From assembly GCA_043740295.1 (NCBI GenBank), contig JAYUCO010000025.1:2741-66740 (forward strand): a stretch of DNA of 64,000 bases, written 5' to 3'. The stretch comes from Pyrinomonadaceae bacterium. GTDB taxonomy: Bacteria > Acidobacteriota > Blastocatellia > Pyrinomonadales > Pyrinomonadaceae. The position numbers and the translations under genes were made by a program. Positions 47,323 through 56,127 of this stretch are shown one piece after another (within the stretch, counting starts at the first letter, position 1; each line of letters begins with the position of its first letter). Below the pieces are notes generated by a model, which was not told where the DNA came from, did no database searches, and saw only the letters and a program-made list of their open reading frames with translations.

Positions 47323-47928
47323 TTAATTAACAGCTTTCGAAGTAAATTCGGCTTGTTTAAATTTTATCTGTGAGTAAATTTCCGCCAGAGAAACCTTACA
47401 ATTTATCGAATCAAGCGAGACCACGTCATCACGCTCATTATAAATACGATATATCCATTGCTTTTGATTCTGCTTGGCGTAATGCTCTACACGCATTTCA
47501 TCTTCCTTCACCAAAAAGCATTCTTTAATGCTTTCCATTTCGAGAAAGCTTTCGAGTTTTTTTGTTTTGTCCGAATTGGTCTCGTTTGAAAAGATCTCGA
47601 TCATTAAGGTTGGATTTTGAAGAACATCAAAACTTTGATCGGTAAATTTCGGTTCGCCATTGACGATAACCACATCGGGATAGCAGATGTAATTATTCGG
47701 CAATTTCACACGCATATTACCAATGTAGATCTCGCATTTATGCCCATGCATACGGCTGCCAATGGCAATTGCCGCATTTGAGACGATCATGCTATGCGAA
47801 CGGTTCGAGCCTGCTCTTGCAAGCACTCGCCCATTTAGAAATTCGTTTTTTGTGGCGCTATGACGCTCTGACATGAGGTATTCTTCCGCACTTTTCTTTG
47901 CGGTTTGATTGATGACTTTTTCGTTCAT
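47323..47928 (-). CDS. Uma2-family (DUF820) putative endonuclease
   Basis: The size and the PD-(D/E)xK-like pattern (YPDVVIV...LMIEIFS) fit the family. The assignment is from memory. Confidence 0.55.
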   Translation of the reverse strand: MNEKVINQTAKKSAEEYLMSERHSATKNEFLNGRVLARAGSNRSHSMIVSNAAIAIGSRMHGHKCEIYIGNMRVKLPNNYICYPDVVIVNGEPKFTDQSFDVLQNPTLMIEIFSNETNSDKTKKLESFLEMESIKECFLVKEDEMRVEHYAKQNQKQWIYRIYNERDDVVSLDSINCKVSLAEIYSQIKFKQAEFTSKAVN

Positions 47929-48064
47929 TCTATGTTACTCCTGGGGTTTTGTTACTGCGTTGATTCAAAAAGTGGGCAACAAAGATCGGGCGCATTGCTT
48001 GGGTATATATTGTCTGCTAAAAATAGTGTTGCATATCGACGCATAATTTTTCAAGGATATTTCT

Positions 48065-49093
48065 ATGAAACTTTCCGAACTCGCCAAAAAAACGTCTTGC
48101 CTGATCGAACAAGGTCCGGAAGATCTGGAGATCGCCGGTGCTTCCGGTTTGGATATTGCCAAATTTGGCGAGATAACTTTTTTGGCAAATCCTAAATACA
48201 CTCCGCAAATAAAGGAGACAAACGCAAGCGCAATATTTCTCAATGAAACCGTTAGCATTGACCGGCCCGATCTAGCGGTTTTACGGGCAAAAGATTCTTA
48301 TCTTGCGTACACGCTTGCATTGCGGATCTTCCATCCGGTTGCTCAACTTATTCCTTTCATTCATTCGACCGCGATAATTCACGAAACATCGTCAATTGCA
48401 AAAGATGTGGAAATTCAGGCAAATGTCGTGATCGGACAATACTGCACCATTGAAAGTGGCGTTAGAATTATGCCGAACGCCACGATCTATGACGGTGTAA
48501 AAATTGGCAAAAACACCATAATTCATTCAGGTGTTTCAATTCGCGAGAATTGCGAAGTTGGCGAAAACTGTATTATTCACAATAATACGACCATCGGCTC
48601 CGACGGCTTCGGTTATGCAAAAACAGAAGAAAAGCGGTGGTTGAAAATTCCTCAAACGGGGCGTGTTGTACTCGAAAACGATGTCGAGATCGGAGCAAAT
48701 ACCGCAATCGACTGTGCCTCGGTTGGAGAAACTCGGATCAAGCGCGGTGCAAAAATTGATAATCTGGTCCAAATTGGACACTCATGCACGATCGACGAGG
48801 ACGCATTGATTTGTTCGCAAACGGGCCTTGCAGGAAGCTCCGTAATTGGAAAACGCGTGATACTGGCGGGACAGGTCGGGATCGCTGGACATCTTAAGGT
48901 CGGTGATGATGCTGTATTGACCGCAAAATCGGCAACCAGCCACGATATCGATCCTGGAAAAATAATGTCCGGTGTTCCGGCATTTGATAACCGTGACTGG
49001 CTGCGTTCGACAGCAGCCTACCGGAAGCTGGGTGAAATGGCCCAGAGATTTCGCGTTTTGGAAAAAAAGGTAAACGAGTTGGAACAAAAATGA
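48065..49093 (+). CDS. lpxD: UDP-3-O-acylglucosamine N-acyltransferase
   Basis: The LpxD N-terminus (MKLSELAKKT...ITFLANPKY) is followed by a long run of hexapeptide repeats and a C-terminal helix. Confidence 0.85.
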   Translation: MKLSELAKKTSCLIEQGPEDLEIAGASGLDIAKFGEITFLANPKYTPQIKETNASAIFLNETVSIDRPDLAVLRAKDSYLAYTLALRIFHPVAQLIPFIHSTAIIHETSSIAKDVEIQANVVIGQYCTIESGVRIMPNATIYDGVKIGKNTIIHSGVSIRENCEVGENCIIHNNTTIGSDGFGYAKTEEKRWLKIPQTGRVVLENDVEIGANTAIDCASVGETRIKRGAKIDNLVQIGHSCTIDEDALICSQTGLAGSSVIGKRVILAGQVGIAGHLKVGDDAVLTAKSATSHDIDPGKIMSGVPAFDNRDWLRSTAAYRKLGEMAQRFRVLEKKVNELEQK

Positions 49094-49133
49094 ATCGAAA
49101 ATAAATGTATTATATTGGCAAGCTATTTATTAA

Positions 49134-49610
49134 ATGGAGAATTTTATGACACCCGAAACACAGAAAGAATTATCCGAAACAGGATATGACATCACGCCTA
49201 TCTCAAACGAAACAAGCGAAAGATTGGCCCATGACCTAACCGACGAGGAGAAACGGATCCTCTTAAATCACGGAACAGAGGCGGCGTTTTGCGGAACTTT
49301 ACTTGATAATAAAGAAGACGGGACCTATGCGTGCCGTTTGTGCGGCCTGCCGTTGTTCACATCAAAGCATAAATTTCATTCTGGAACAGGCTGGCCTTCG
49401 TTCCATTCGCCCTTTGATAATGAACATCTGCGAAATATCGAAGATAACAGTTATGGAATGCGTCGTGTAGAGATCAGATGCGCCCGGTGTGACGGCCATC
49501 AGGGACATGTTTTTCCAGACGGGCCGCCTCCGACCGGACAAAGATATTGTTTAAATTCGGCGTCGCTGGAATTCTATCCCGAAGGAGCGGAAATAATTCA
49601 GAAAGCCTAA
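49134..49610 (+). CDS. msrB: peptide-methionine (R)-S-oxide reductase
   Basis: The motifs CRLCGLPLF, GTGWPSF and RCARCDGHQGHVFPDGP are present. Confidence 0.9.
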   Translation: MENFMTPETQKELSETGYDITPISNETSERLAHDLTDEEKRILLNHGTEAAFCGTLLDNKEDGTYACRLCGLPLFTSKHKFHSGTGWPSFHSPFDNEHLRNIEDNSYGMRRVEIRCARCDGHQGHVFPDGPPPTGQRYCLNSASLEFYPEGAEIIQKA

Positions 49611-49624
49611 GAAATGTTTGCGGT

Positions 49625-49675
49625 AAAAAAGGCACGAACAATTAAAATCTTTTTTAATTATTCGTGCCTTTTTAT
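49625..49675. terminator. bidirectional hairpin terminator between msrB and the amidohydrolase operon
   Basis: A long AAAAAAGGCACGAA...TTCGTGCCTTTTT stem has A-runs and T-runs on both sides. Confidence 0.7.
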
Positions 49676-49676
49676 T

Positions 49677-51041
49677 TTACTTGCGGTCTTTGAAGCTATC
49701 GAACAGTTCAGTATGGCGGCTCGTAAGCGGGATCAATCTTCCGTTTATGAAGACATACTTTACATTCGTTCTCGGTTCCAGAATATCGCCATCAGTAACA
49801 ACGATATTGGCCATTTTTCCAACCTCGATCGAGCCTAGTTGATCTGCAACACCAAGTATTTGTGCCGGATAAAGTGTGACCGATTTAAGTGCTTCATCTT
49901 TCGGCAAACCAAAAGCACCGGCCAGTCCGGCGTGATATGGCAGATCCCGGACCTCTCCTCCGCCATCACCCGTACTTATCGCAAATTTAACTCCAGCCTG
50001 TTGCAATTTCGCCGGAGCTTCGAAAAGGAAATCATATGCATCGTCCTCTCGTACCGGTAAATTGTAAATATTTGTATAAATGACCGCGATGTTGTTCTTT
50101 TTCAGATCGTCAGCTACTTTCCAGGCTTCTTGTCCGCCAAGGATTATTCCTTTCACCTTCAATTCAGCCGCAAATTTAACGACACCTCGAATATCACGCT
50201 CACGTTCCGCCGTAAAAACAATTGGTTTTTCGCCGCGGATGTACGGGACCATAGCCTCAAGCCGCAGATCGGTCGCCGGATATGGAAGGGTTTTATCTTT
50301 CGCAAAAGCATCTTTTGCGCGGGCGTAATTTTCAGCATCCTTAAAGATCTTTTTTAATTCGTCAAGTTGTGCGTCCCGCCGCTTGACAGCCTCACTGAAT
50401 TCGACGACCTGCGGGCCGCCCGGCCCAAAACCGCCGAATGTCGCGATCCGCGGGAAATTAATGACAAGGCCGGCAGTGGAAACAACCGCCATCTCGCTCT
50501 GCGTTGAACCATTGAGATTAATGACCGTTCCCTGCCCTGCGATTATACCGCCGGCGGGTACTGAAAAAACAGTTGTGATTCCGTTGACACGAGTGACGTT
50601 TACGTGCGATGAATTCGGATTAATACCCAATATTGCCTTGGCGTTGGCATTCATCGTCCCGGTTTCGGCGACGTCTATTGTTGCACTTGCACCTTGTCCG
50701 ATCTCCGCTAGGCCGAGGGTCGTTCCGGCATCTATCATTCCAGGATAAACACTCAATCCTTTGGCATTTATCGATTCAGCATTCGAAGGTACCGGAATAT
50801 TTGCCCCGACACCGGTGATCTTGCCATTCTGAATTACAACTGTGCCATTCTCGATCACCGCCCCTGATACTGTCACGATCCGGGCATTTACAATTGAGAA
50901 TGTCCCGCCTCGACCAGTTTTATTTTGCTGCGACCCGTCGCTTTGTCCAAAAGCGAAAGAAACCAAACCGCAAATGAATACGGATAAACACAGATTGTTG
51001 ATCAATCCATTAATTGAAAATCTCATATTTATAAATCTCAT
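49677..51041 (-). CDS. amidohydrolase-fold protein lacking the HxH metal motif; secreted
   Basis: A signal peptide is present. The start of the fold is conserved (NARIVTVSG...YPGMIDAGTTLGL), but AGT occupies the position of HxH. Its start overlaps the upstream gene in an ATGA arrangement. Confidence 0.7.
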   Translation of the reverse strand: MRFINMRFSINGLINNLCLSVFICGLVSFAFGQSDGSQQNKTGRGGTFSIVNARIVTVSGAVIENGTVVIQNGKITGVGANIPVPSNAESINAKGLSVYPGMIDAGTTLGLAEIGQGASATIDVAETGTMNANAKAILGINPNSSHVNVTRVNGITTVFSVPAGGIIAGQGTVINLNGSTQSEMAVVSTAGLVINFPRIATFGGFGPGGPQVVEFSEAVKRRDAQLDELKKIFKDAENYARAKDAFAKDKTLPYPATDLRLEAMVPYIRGEKPIVFTAERERDIRGVVKFAAELKVKGIILGGQEAWKVADDLKKNNIAVIYTNIYNLPVREDDAYDFLFEAPAKLQQAGVKFAISTGDGGGEVRDLPYHAGLAGAFGLPKDEALKSVTLYPAQILGVADQLGSIEVGKMANIVVTDGDILEPRTNVKYVFINGRLIPLTSRHTELFDSFKDRK

Positions 51042-52435
51042 TGGTTGTCTCCGTATTCAGCCTCATCCTTATCGCCGCGGCGTTTCTCCGCAGGTATTTT
51101 GGGCTGGGTCCCGCCGCTTCCAGGTGCTTTATTTATGTCCATTTTCTCCAAAGCTTCGCGCTCTTTTTGCAGGCCGGCCCGGGCTTGAATATCCTTGTTT
51201 CTGTCAAAATAAGTGTCGCCTTCGATCAACGTCATTTCCACATGAGAATAAGCACTGAACGGGTGGGCCGACCAGATAGCAATATCGGCATCCTTCCCAA
51301 CCTCGATCGAACCCGTCCGTTTGTCGATCCCAAGCTGTTTTGCCGGATTAAGCGTGATCATTTTTAACGCATCTTCTTCCGGCACACCGCCGTATTTCAT
51401 TACTTTTGCAGCATCCAGATTCAAACGTCGCATCCGTTCATCCGAATCCGAATTTATAGAGACGCTAACCCCATTCTTCCACAGAATATATGCGTTGTAC
51501 GGTATCGCATCGTAAGCCTCGAGTTTATAACTCCAGCTATCCGTAAATATCGAGACGCCGGTGCCGTGTTTGGCGATCTCGGGAGCAATTTTATAAGCTT
51601 CTAATCCATGCTGAAGCGTCGCAACGCGAAAGCCGAATTCATCCGCCAAAAGCATCAAATTCAAATGTTCGTCAGAACGATAACCATGGGCGTGGACAAG
51701 TCTTTTGCCTTCGAGTACCTCGACGATCGGTTCTAACTCCAGATCTCTTCTCGGCGGCACTTTGGTCTTTTTCGCCCGGAAATCATCCCACGCCTGTTTA
51801 TAGTCACGTGCCCTCACAAATGCGTCACGGATGACCTCCATTGTTCCCATACGGGTGCGGGGATACCGGAAGGTCTGTCCCTGCTGCGGCTGGAAATTTG
51901 ATCGTTTTACATTTTCTCCAAGAGCGAATTTTATACCTGGCGGAGCATCGGCAATTGGAAAATCTTCAACCGGCCTTCCCCACTTGAATTTAACGGTCGT
52001 GTTCTGTCCACCGATCGGATTTGCCGAGCCGTGCAGTAGATTAGCAGCCGTTACACCGCCGGCCAACGCCCGGTAGATAGAAATATCCGTAGGATTCAGG
52101 ACATCACGAATGCGTGTCATCGAAGTAACGGCAAGCGAACCTTCGTTAACGGCGTCCATCATGGTATGCGAATGACAGTCAATAATGCCGGGCGATACGA
52201 ATTTTCCGGTTGCATCAATGATCTGCGCATTTGCCGGAGCGTTAAGATTTTTGCCGATCTTAACGATCTTTCCGTTTTGAATGAGAATGTCAGTATTCTC
52301 AAGCGTTCCCCGGATCGCGGTTAAAACCGTCGCATTTCGTATCAGCACATCATTCTTCGTTTGGGCAAGAACAAGAGTCGATGACACCGCGACCACAATA
52401 CTTAATATTATAAAACCGATAACTTTTCTCTTCAT
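51038..52435 (-). CDS. amidohydrolase (metal-dependent hydrolase) with intact HxH; secreted
   Basis: A signal peptide is present. The motifs SPGIIDCHSHT, LLHGSAN, HAHGY and INSDSD are all intact. Confidence 0.8.
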   Translation of the reverse strand: MKRKVIGFIILSIVVAVSSTLVLAQTKNDVLIRNATVLTAIRGTLENTDILIQNGKIVKIGKNLNAPANAQIIDATGKFVSPGIIDCHSHTMMDAVNEGSLAVTSMTRIRDVLNPTDISIYRALAGGVTAANLLHGSANPIGGQNTTVKFKWGRPVEDFPIADAPPGIKFALGENVKRSNFQPQQGQTFRYPRTRMGTMEVIRDAFVRARDYKQAWDDFRAKKTKVPPRRDLELEPIVEVLEGKRLVHAHGYRSDEHLNLMLLADEFGFRVATLQHGLEAYKIAPEIAKHGTGVSIFTDSWSYKLEAYDAIPYNAYILWKNGVSVSINSDSDERMRRLNLDAAKVMKYGGVPEEDALKMITLNPAKQLGIDKRTGSIEVGKDADIAIWSAHPFSAYSHVEMTLIEGDTYFDRNKDIQARAGLQKEREALEKMDINKAPGSGGTQPKIPAEKRRGDKDEAEYGDNQ

Positions 52436-52452
52436 TTTACCTATTTCCTTTC

Positions 52453-54096
52453 TTATGGATTTTTTGTACCAGAAAAAGGTACGGTGCCTTGCGGTGAGTC
52501 TATCGTTCCGCTAATTTGATTTCCGGTAACAGTTCCTTTGACGATGAGGTCGATAGTGCTTCCGCCGAATTCTACTGTTCCTGAAAAAGTAAATCCTTCA
52601 GCTGAAACCTTTCCGTCCTTGATCGTGGTTGTGCCAAGCTGCGTTTGCAATGTGCCAGTGAGCACTTCAGCCTGTTGTGTCAAAGCCATTGTTCCAGTCA
52701 AAGTTTGTCCAGGCACGTCGATCGTCACCGAATAATTACCTCCAACACTGGCAATCGCCGGCTGCACTCCAGACGGAGCGGGTGTGTCTTTTTTCGCTGG
52801 CGGTTTTTGTTCGAAAAGCTTTCCGTCAACAAAAACCTGTGTAATGGCTTTTTCCTTACCGAACAGATCGCCCTTAACAACGGTCAAGTTCGCGATCTTC
52901 CCTGCTTCTATTGAACCAAGACGGTCATTTACACCCAGAATTTCAGCAGAATTAAGCGTCAGCGCACGAATTGCGGCGTCTCTATTCAGACCATTCTCTA
53001 CTGCCTTAGCGGCGTTCGACATAAAGTCGCCAATGCTGGTCATTCCGCCGGATTGGAAGGCAAATTTAACCCCGGCCTGTGCAAGCTTAGCCGCTGTTTT
53101 CGGTGTTTCCGCCCGAAATCGAAGTAGATCGAGGCTCTCTGCATCAGTGTCTGCCGAAGCTGAAGTAGTTCGTTTAGGGAAATTCAATGACAATAGAACC
53201 GGTACATTCTGCGACTTTAGCCTGTCGGCAACTTTCCATGCTTCCTGCCCGCCCGCAATGATCGCATTTAATTTAAATTCCTTTGCAAGATCGAGTGCTC
53301 TGATGATCTCAATCTCGCGGTTAGCATTAAATACGACCGGCTTTTGTCCATTCAGAAAAGGTATCAATGTATCGAGTGATCTATCTGCAGGGGGGCGTTT
53401 GATGCCACGCGGATTTGAAGCGTATATTTTTTCGATCTCCTGCTGCCGCTGAGCGTCAAGAAACATCTGTCGAAGTGCGGAAAACGTTCCCAATAATGAG
53501 CCGGGATAACCGCCACCGATAGTATTGAACGAAATATGCAGTGCAAACGGCGATTTAATCACCATTGCAGATGTCGTTTCACCGGCTAAATTTATGATCG
53601 CTGACTGGCCATTGAAAATACCAGTTCTGCCAACCGTTAGAACTGTGGTAAATCCCGCATTACGGTTGGTTTCGAATTGTGCCTCGCCTGCTTTCAGATC
53701 ATCCGCTGCAATTTCCTCGGGCCGCAGTCCGGCCGGATAATTGGAGTTCGATTGACCTGCCGTTGCGGCAGCTGCTGCCGCTCCGCCACCCGGCCCTCCG
53801 CCACCTGCCGGTCGAGCAGGTGGAGCCTGCAAACCGAGATTGGTCAATGTATCTATGAAGCCCGGATAGACCGTAAGTCCTTTACCATCAAAAACCTGGG
53901 CATCTGCTGGAGCTTTTACACCTGCACCAACAGCTTCGATCAAGCCGTCGCGGATCACAATGCTTCCATTCTCGATCGTTTCACCGGAGACGGTAACGAT
54001 GCGGGCATTCGTGATCGTATAGGTTTGAGCAAAAGACGAGATGACAAAAAGCGAAGCAATCCACGCAAAAGCGAATAAGAAAAGCTTTAGTTTCAT
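52453..54096 (-). CDS. amidohydrolase-fold protein lacking the HxH metal motif, with an extra C-terminal beta-rich domain; secreted
   Basis: A signal peptide is present. YPGFIDTLTNLGL occupies the HxH position. A Gly/Ala-rich insert (PAGGGGPGGGAAAAAA) is present. It is a paralog of 49677-51041. Confidence 0.7.
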   Translation of the reverse strand: MKLKLFLFAFAWIASLFVISSFAQTYTITNARIVTVSGETIENGSIVIRDGLIEAVGAGVKAPADAQVFDGKGLTVYPGFIDTLTNLGLQAPPARPAGGGGPGGGAAAAAATAGQSNSNYPAGLRPEEIAADDLKAGEAQFETNRNAGFTTVLTVGRTGIFNGQSAIINLAGETTSAMVIKSPFALHISFNTIGGGYPGSLLGTFSALRQMFLDAQRQQEIEKIYASNPRGIKRPPADRSLDTLIPFLNGQKPVVFNANREIEIIRALDLAKEFKLNAIIAGGQEAWKVADRLKSQNVPVLLSLNFPKRTTSASADTDAESLDLLRFRAETPKTAAKLAQAGVKFAFQSGGMTSIGDFMSNAAKAVENGLNRDAAIRALTLNSAEILGVNDRLGSIEAGKIANLTVVKGDLFGKEKAITQVFVDGKLFEQKPPAKKDTPAPSGVQPAIASVGGNYSVTIDVPGQTLTGTMALTQQAEVLTGTLQTQLGTTTIKDGKVSAEGFTFSGTVEFGGSTIDLIVKGTVTGNQISGTIDSPQGTVPFSGTKNP

Positions 54097-54235
54097 AACT
54101 GTAATGTCGGAATTGAAGTGACTGATTTAAATAGAAAATTCTTTTACGGAGAGAATAATAAAAAAGTTTCAGATTACAAAATCAATAAAAGGAAAAAGTC
54201 TTTTCGAATTTATTGGTATCGTCTAAGCGTCAAAG

Positions 54236-54264
54236 AAAAAAGCAGGCGAACAATGTCGCCTGCT
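54236..54264 (-). terminator. rho-independent terminator of rpoD
   Basis: A 9-bp stem (AGCAGGCGA / TCGCCTGCT) is followed by a T-run on the minus strand. Confidence 0.7.
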
Positions 54265-54273
54265 TTATTTTGG

Positions 54274-56007
54274 TTATGTTTGTTTGCCTTCAAGAAATGC
54301 CTTGAGACGGCGTGAACGCGACGGATGCCGCAGTTTGCGTAATGCCTTTGCTTCGATCTGCCGGATACGTTCGCGAGTAACCGCAAAATGCTGTCCGACC
54401 TCTTCCAGCGTGTGCTCGGAACCTGTATTTCCAAGGCCAAACCGCATTTTGATCACTTTCTCCTCGCGCGGTGTAAGCGTCGCTAAAACTTCGTCCGTGA
54501 TCTCGCGGAGGTTTGAGAACGTCACAGATTCCGCCGGGTTAAGTATCGATTTATCCTCGATAAAATCTCCGAGATGCGAATCTTCCTCTTCACCGATCGG
54601 CGTTTCGAGCGAGATCGGTTCCTGAGCGATCTTCAAAACCTTCCGCACTTTCGAAACGGGAATATCCATTCGTTTTGCGATCTCTTCACTCGTTGGTTCA
54701 CGGCCAAGTTCCTGCACAAGCAGTCGTGATGTGCGGATAAGTTTATTGATCGTCTCGATCATATGGACTGGGATTCGTATAGTTCGTGCCTGATCGGCTA
54801 TGGCTCGCGTGATCGCCTGCCGAATCCACCACGTCGCGTAGGTCGAAAATTTATAGCCGCGCCGCCATTCGAATTTATCTACGGCCTTCATCAAACCGAT
54901 ATTGCCTTCCTGGATCAGATCAAGGAATTGCAGACCGCGATTTGTGTATTTTTTCGCGATCGAAACGACGAGACGGAGATTGGCTTCCACCAATTCACGT
55001 TTTGCGATGTTAGTTTCGTATTCCCCAACGCTGATCGTCTGGAACGAACGCTTGATCTCCACCGTGGGCAGGTGAAAACTTTCCTCTATCTCGGACAAAG
55101 ATTTTTTAGCCTCATTGATCTTGGCGTTAAGTTCTTTTTTCTCGGCTGCTTCAGGTTTTTGTTCAAGCCTTTCCTCGGCTCTTCTGATCGTTCTTTCAAA
55201 TTTGCGTATCTCTTCAACGACCTTACGGACCGAGGCGATCATCTTCTGCATCGAATTCTCGGTTAAATTAAGATTCTTGATCTCCTGCGCAATTTCCAGC
55301 CGTTGACGGGCCGTTTGCCTGGTCAAAGAAAGCAGTTTTTTGGATTTTTTCCCTTTGGTTGTCTTTTGTTCTTCGCGAAGAGCGATCCACACTTTAAGGG
55401 CGGCTTCGTAATTCTGACGAATGTTGCCGATGCCGTCGAGTGTCCATCGCAAATATTCTTCCGCCTTGTCTTCTTCAAGCGATATTTCAGCTTGTTCAGA
55501 AAATGCAACAGTCTCGCGAATGCTTGCCTTGCCCCTCGCCAGATCGTCACCGATCTTTATTAAACGTTCGACCGAGATAGGCGAACGTGAAATTGTCTTT
55601 CTCGTTTTGATCTGACCCCGTTCGATCCGTTTTGCGATGACGACTTCGCCTTCGCGAGTCAGAAGCGGAACGATGCCCATTTCACGCAAATAAAGACGGA
55701 CAGGGTCATTTGACTTATCTAAGGCCCCGGCCGAAAGGTCAAGGTCGATATCATCCTCTTCCTCCTCTGAAGCCGTCGGATCTTCATCCAGGGCCAGTTG
55801 CGATGCCCGCTCGAGAAGTTGCGAATCGGTCTCCGCTACCGAGATATTTGCACCTTCAAGACGGTCGAGAACGTCCTCAAGATCATCGGGAGACATCATG
55901 TTTTCCGGGATTTCTCTGTGCAGTTCGTCAAGACTTATGAATTTCTTTCGTTTCCCCAATGCGACCAACCGGTCCATCAGGTCTTCTTTTTCGTCGTAAT
56001 CAGCCAT
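54274..56007 (-). CDS. rpoD: primary RNA polymerase sigma factor (sigma-70)
   Basis: Region 2 reads [27 protein letters not shown]. Regions 3 and 4 and an acidic region 1 are also present. Confidence 0.95.
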   Translation of the reverse strand: MADYDEKEDLMDRLVALGKRKKFISLDELHREIPENMMSPDDLEDVLDRLEGANISVAETDSQLLERASQLALDEDPTASEEEEDDIDLDLSAGALDKSNDPVRLYLREMGIVPLLTREGEVVIAKRIERGQIKTRKTISRSPISVERLIKIGDDLARGKASIRETVAFSEQAEISLEEDKAEEYLRWTLDGIGNIRQNYEAALKVWIALREEQKTTKGKKSKKLLSLTRQTARQRLEIAQEIKNLNLTENSMQKMIASVRKVVEEIRKFERTIRRAEERLEQKPEAAEKKELNAKINEAKKSLSEIEESFHLPTVEIKRSFQTISVGEYETNIAKRELVEANLRLVVSIAKKYTNRGLQFLDLIQEGNIGLMKAVDKFEWRRGYKFSTYATWWIRQAITRAIADQARTIRIPVHMIETINKLIRTSRLLVQELGREPTSEEIAKRMDIPVSKVRKVLKIAQEPISLETPIGEEEDSHLGDFIEDKSILNPAESVTFSNLREITDEVLATLTPREEKVIKMRFGLGNTGSEHTLEEVGQHFAVTRERIRQIEAKALRKLRHPSRSRRLKAFLEGKQT

Positions 56008-56127
56008 ATTTTGTCCAGGATTTGGATTAAATCTTCGGGTAAATCGTTGTTCTTAAAAAACTATATTAACGTCCCGCGACAAGAAAATGTTTCCTGTCGG
56101 CCGGAATGTTTAAAAAAAGATATTATA

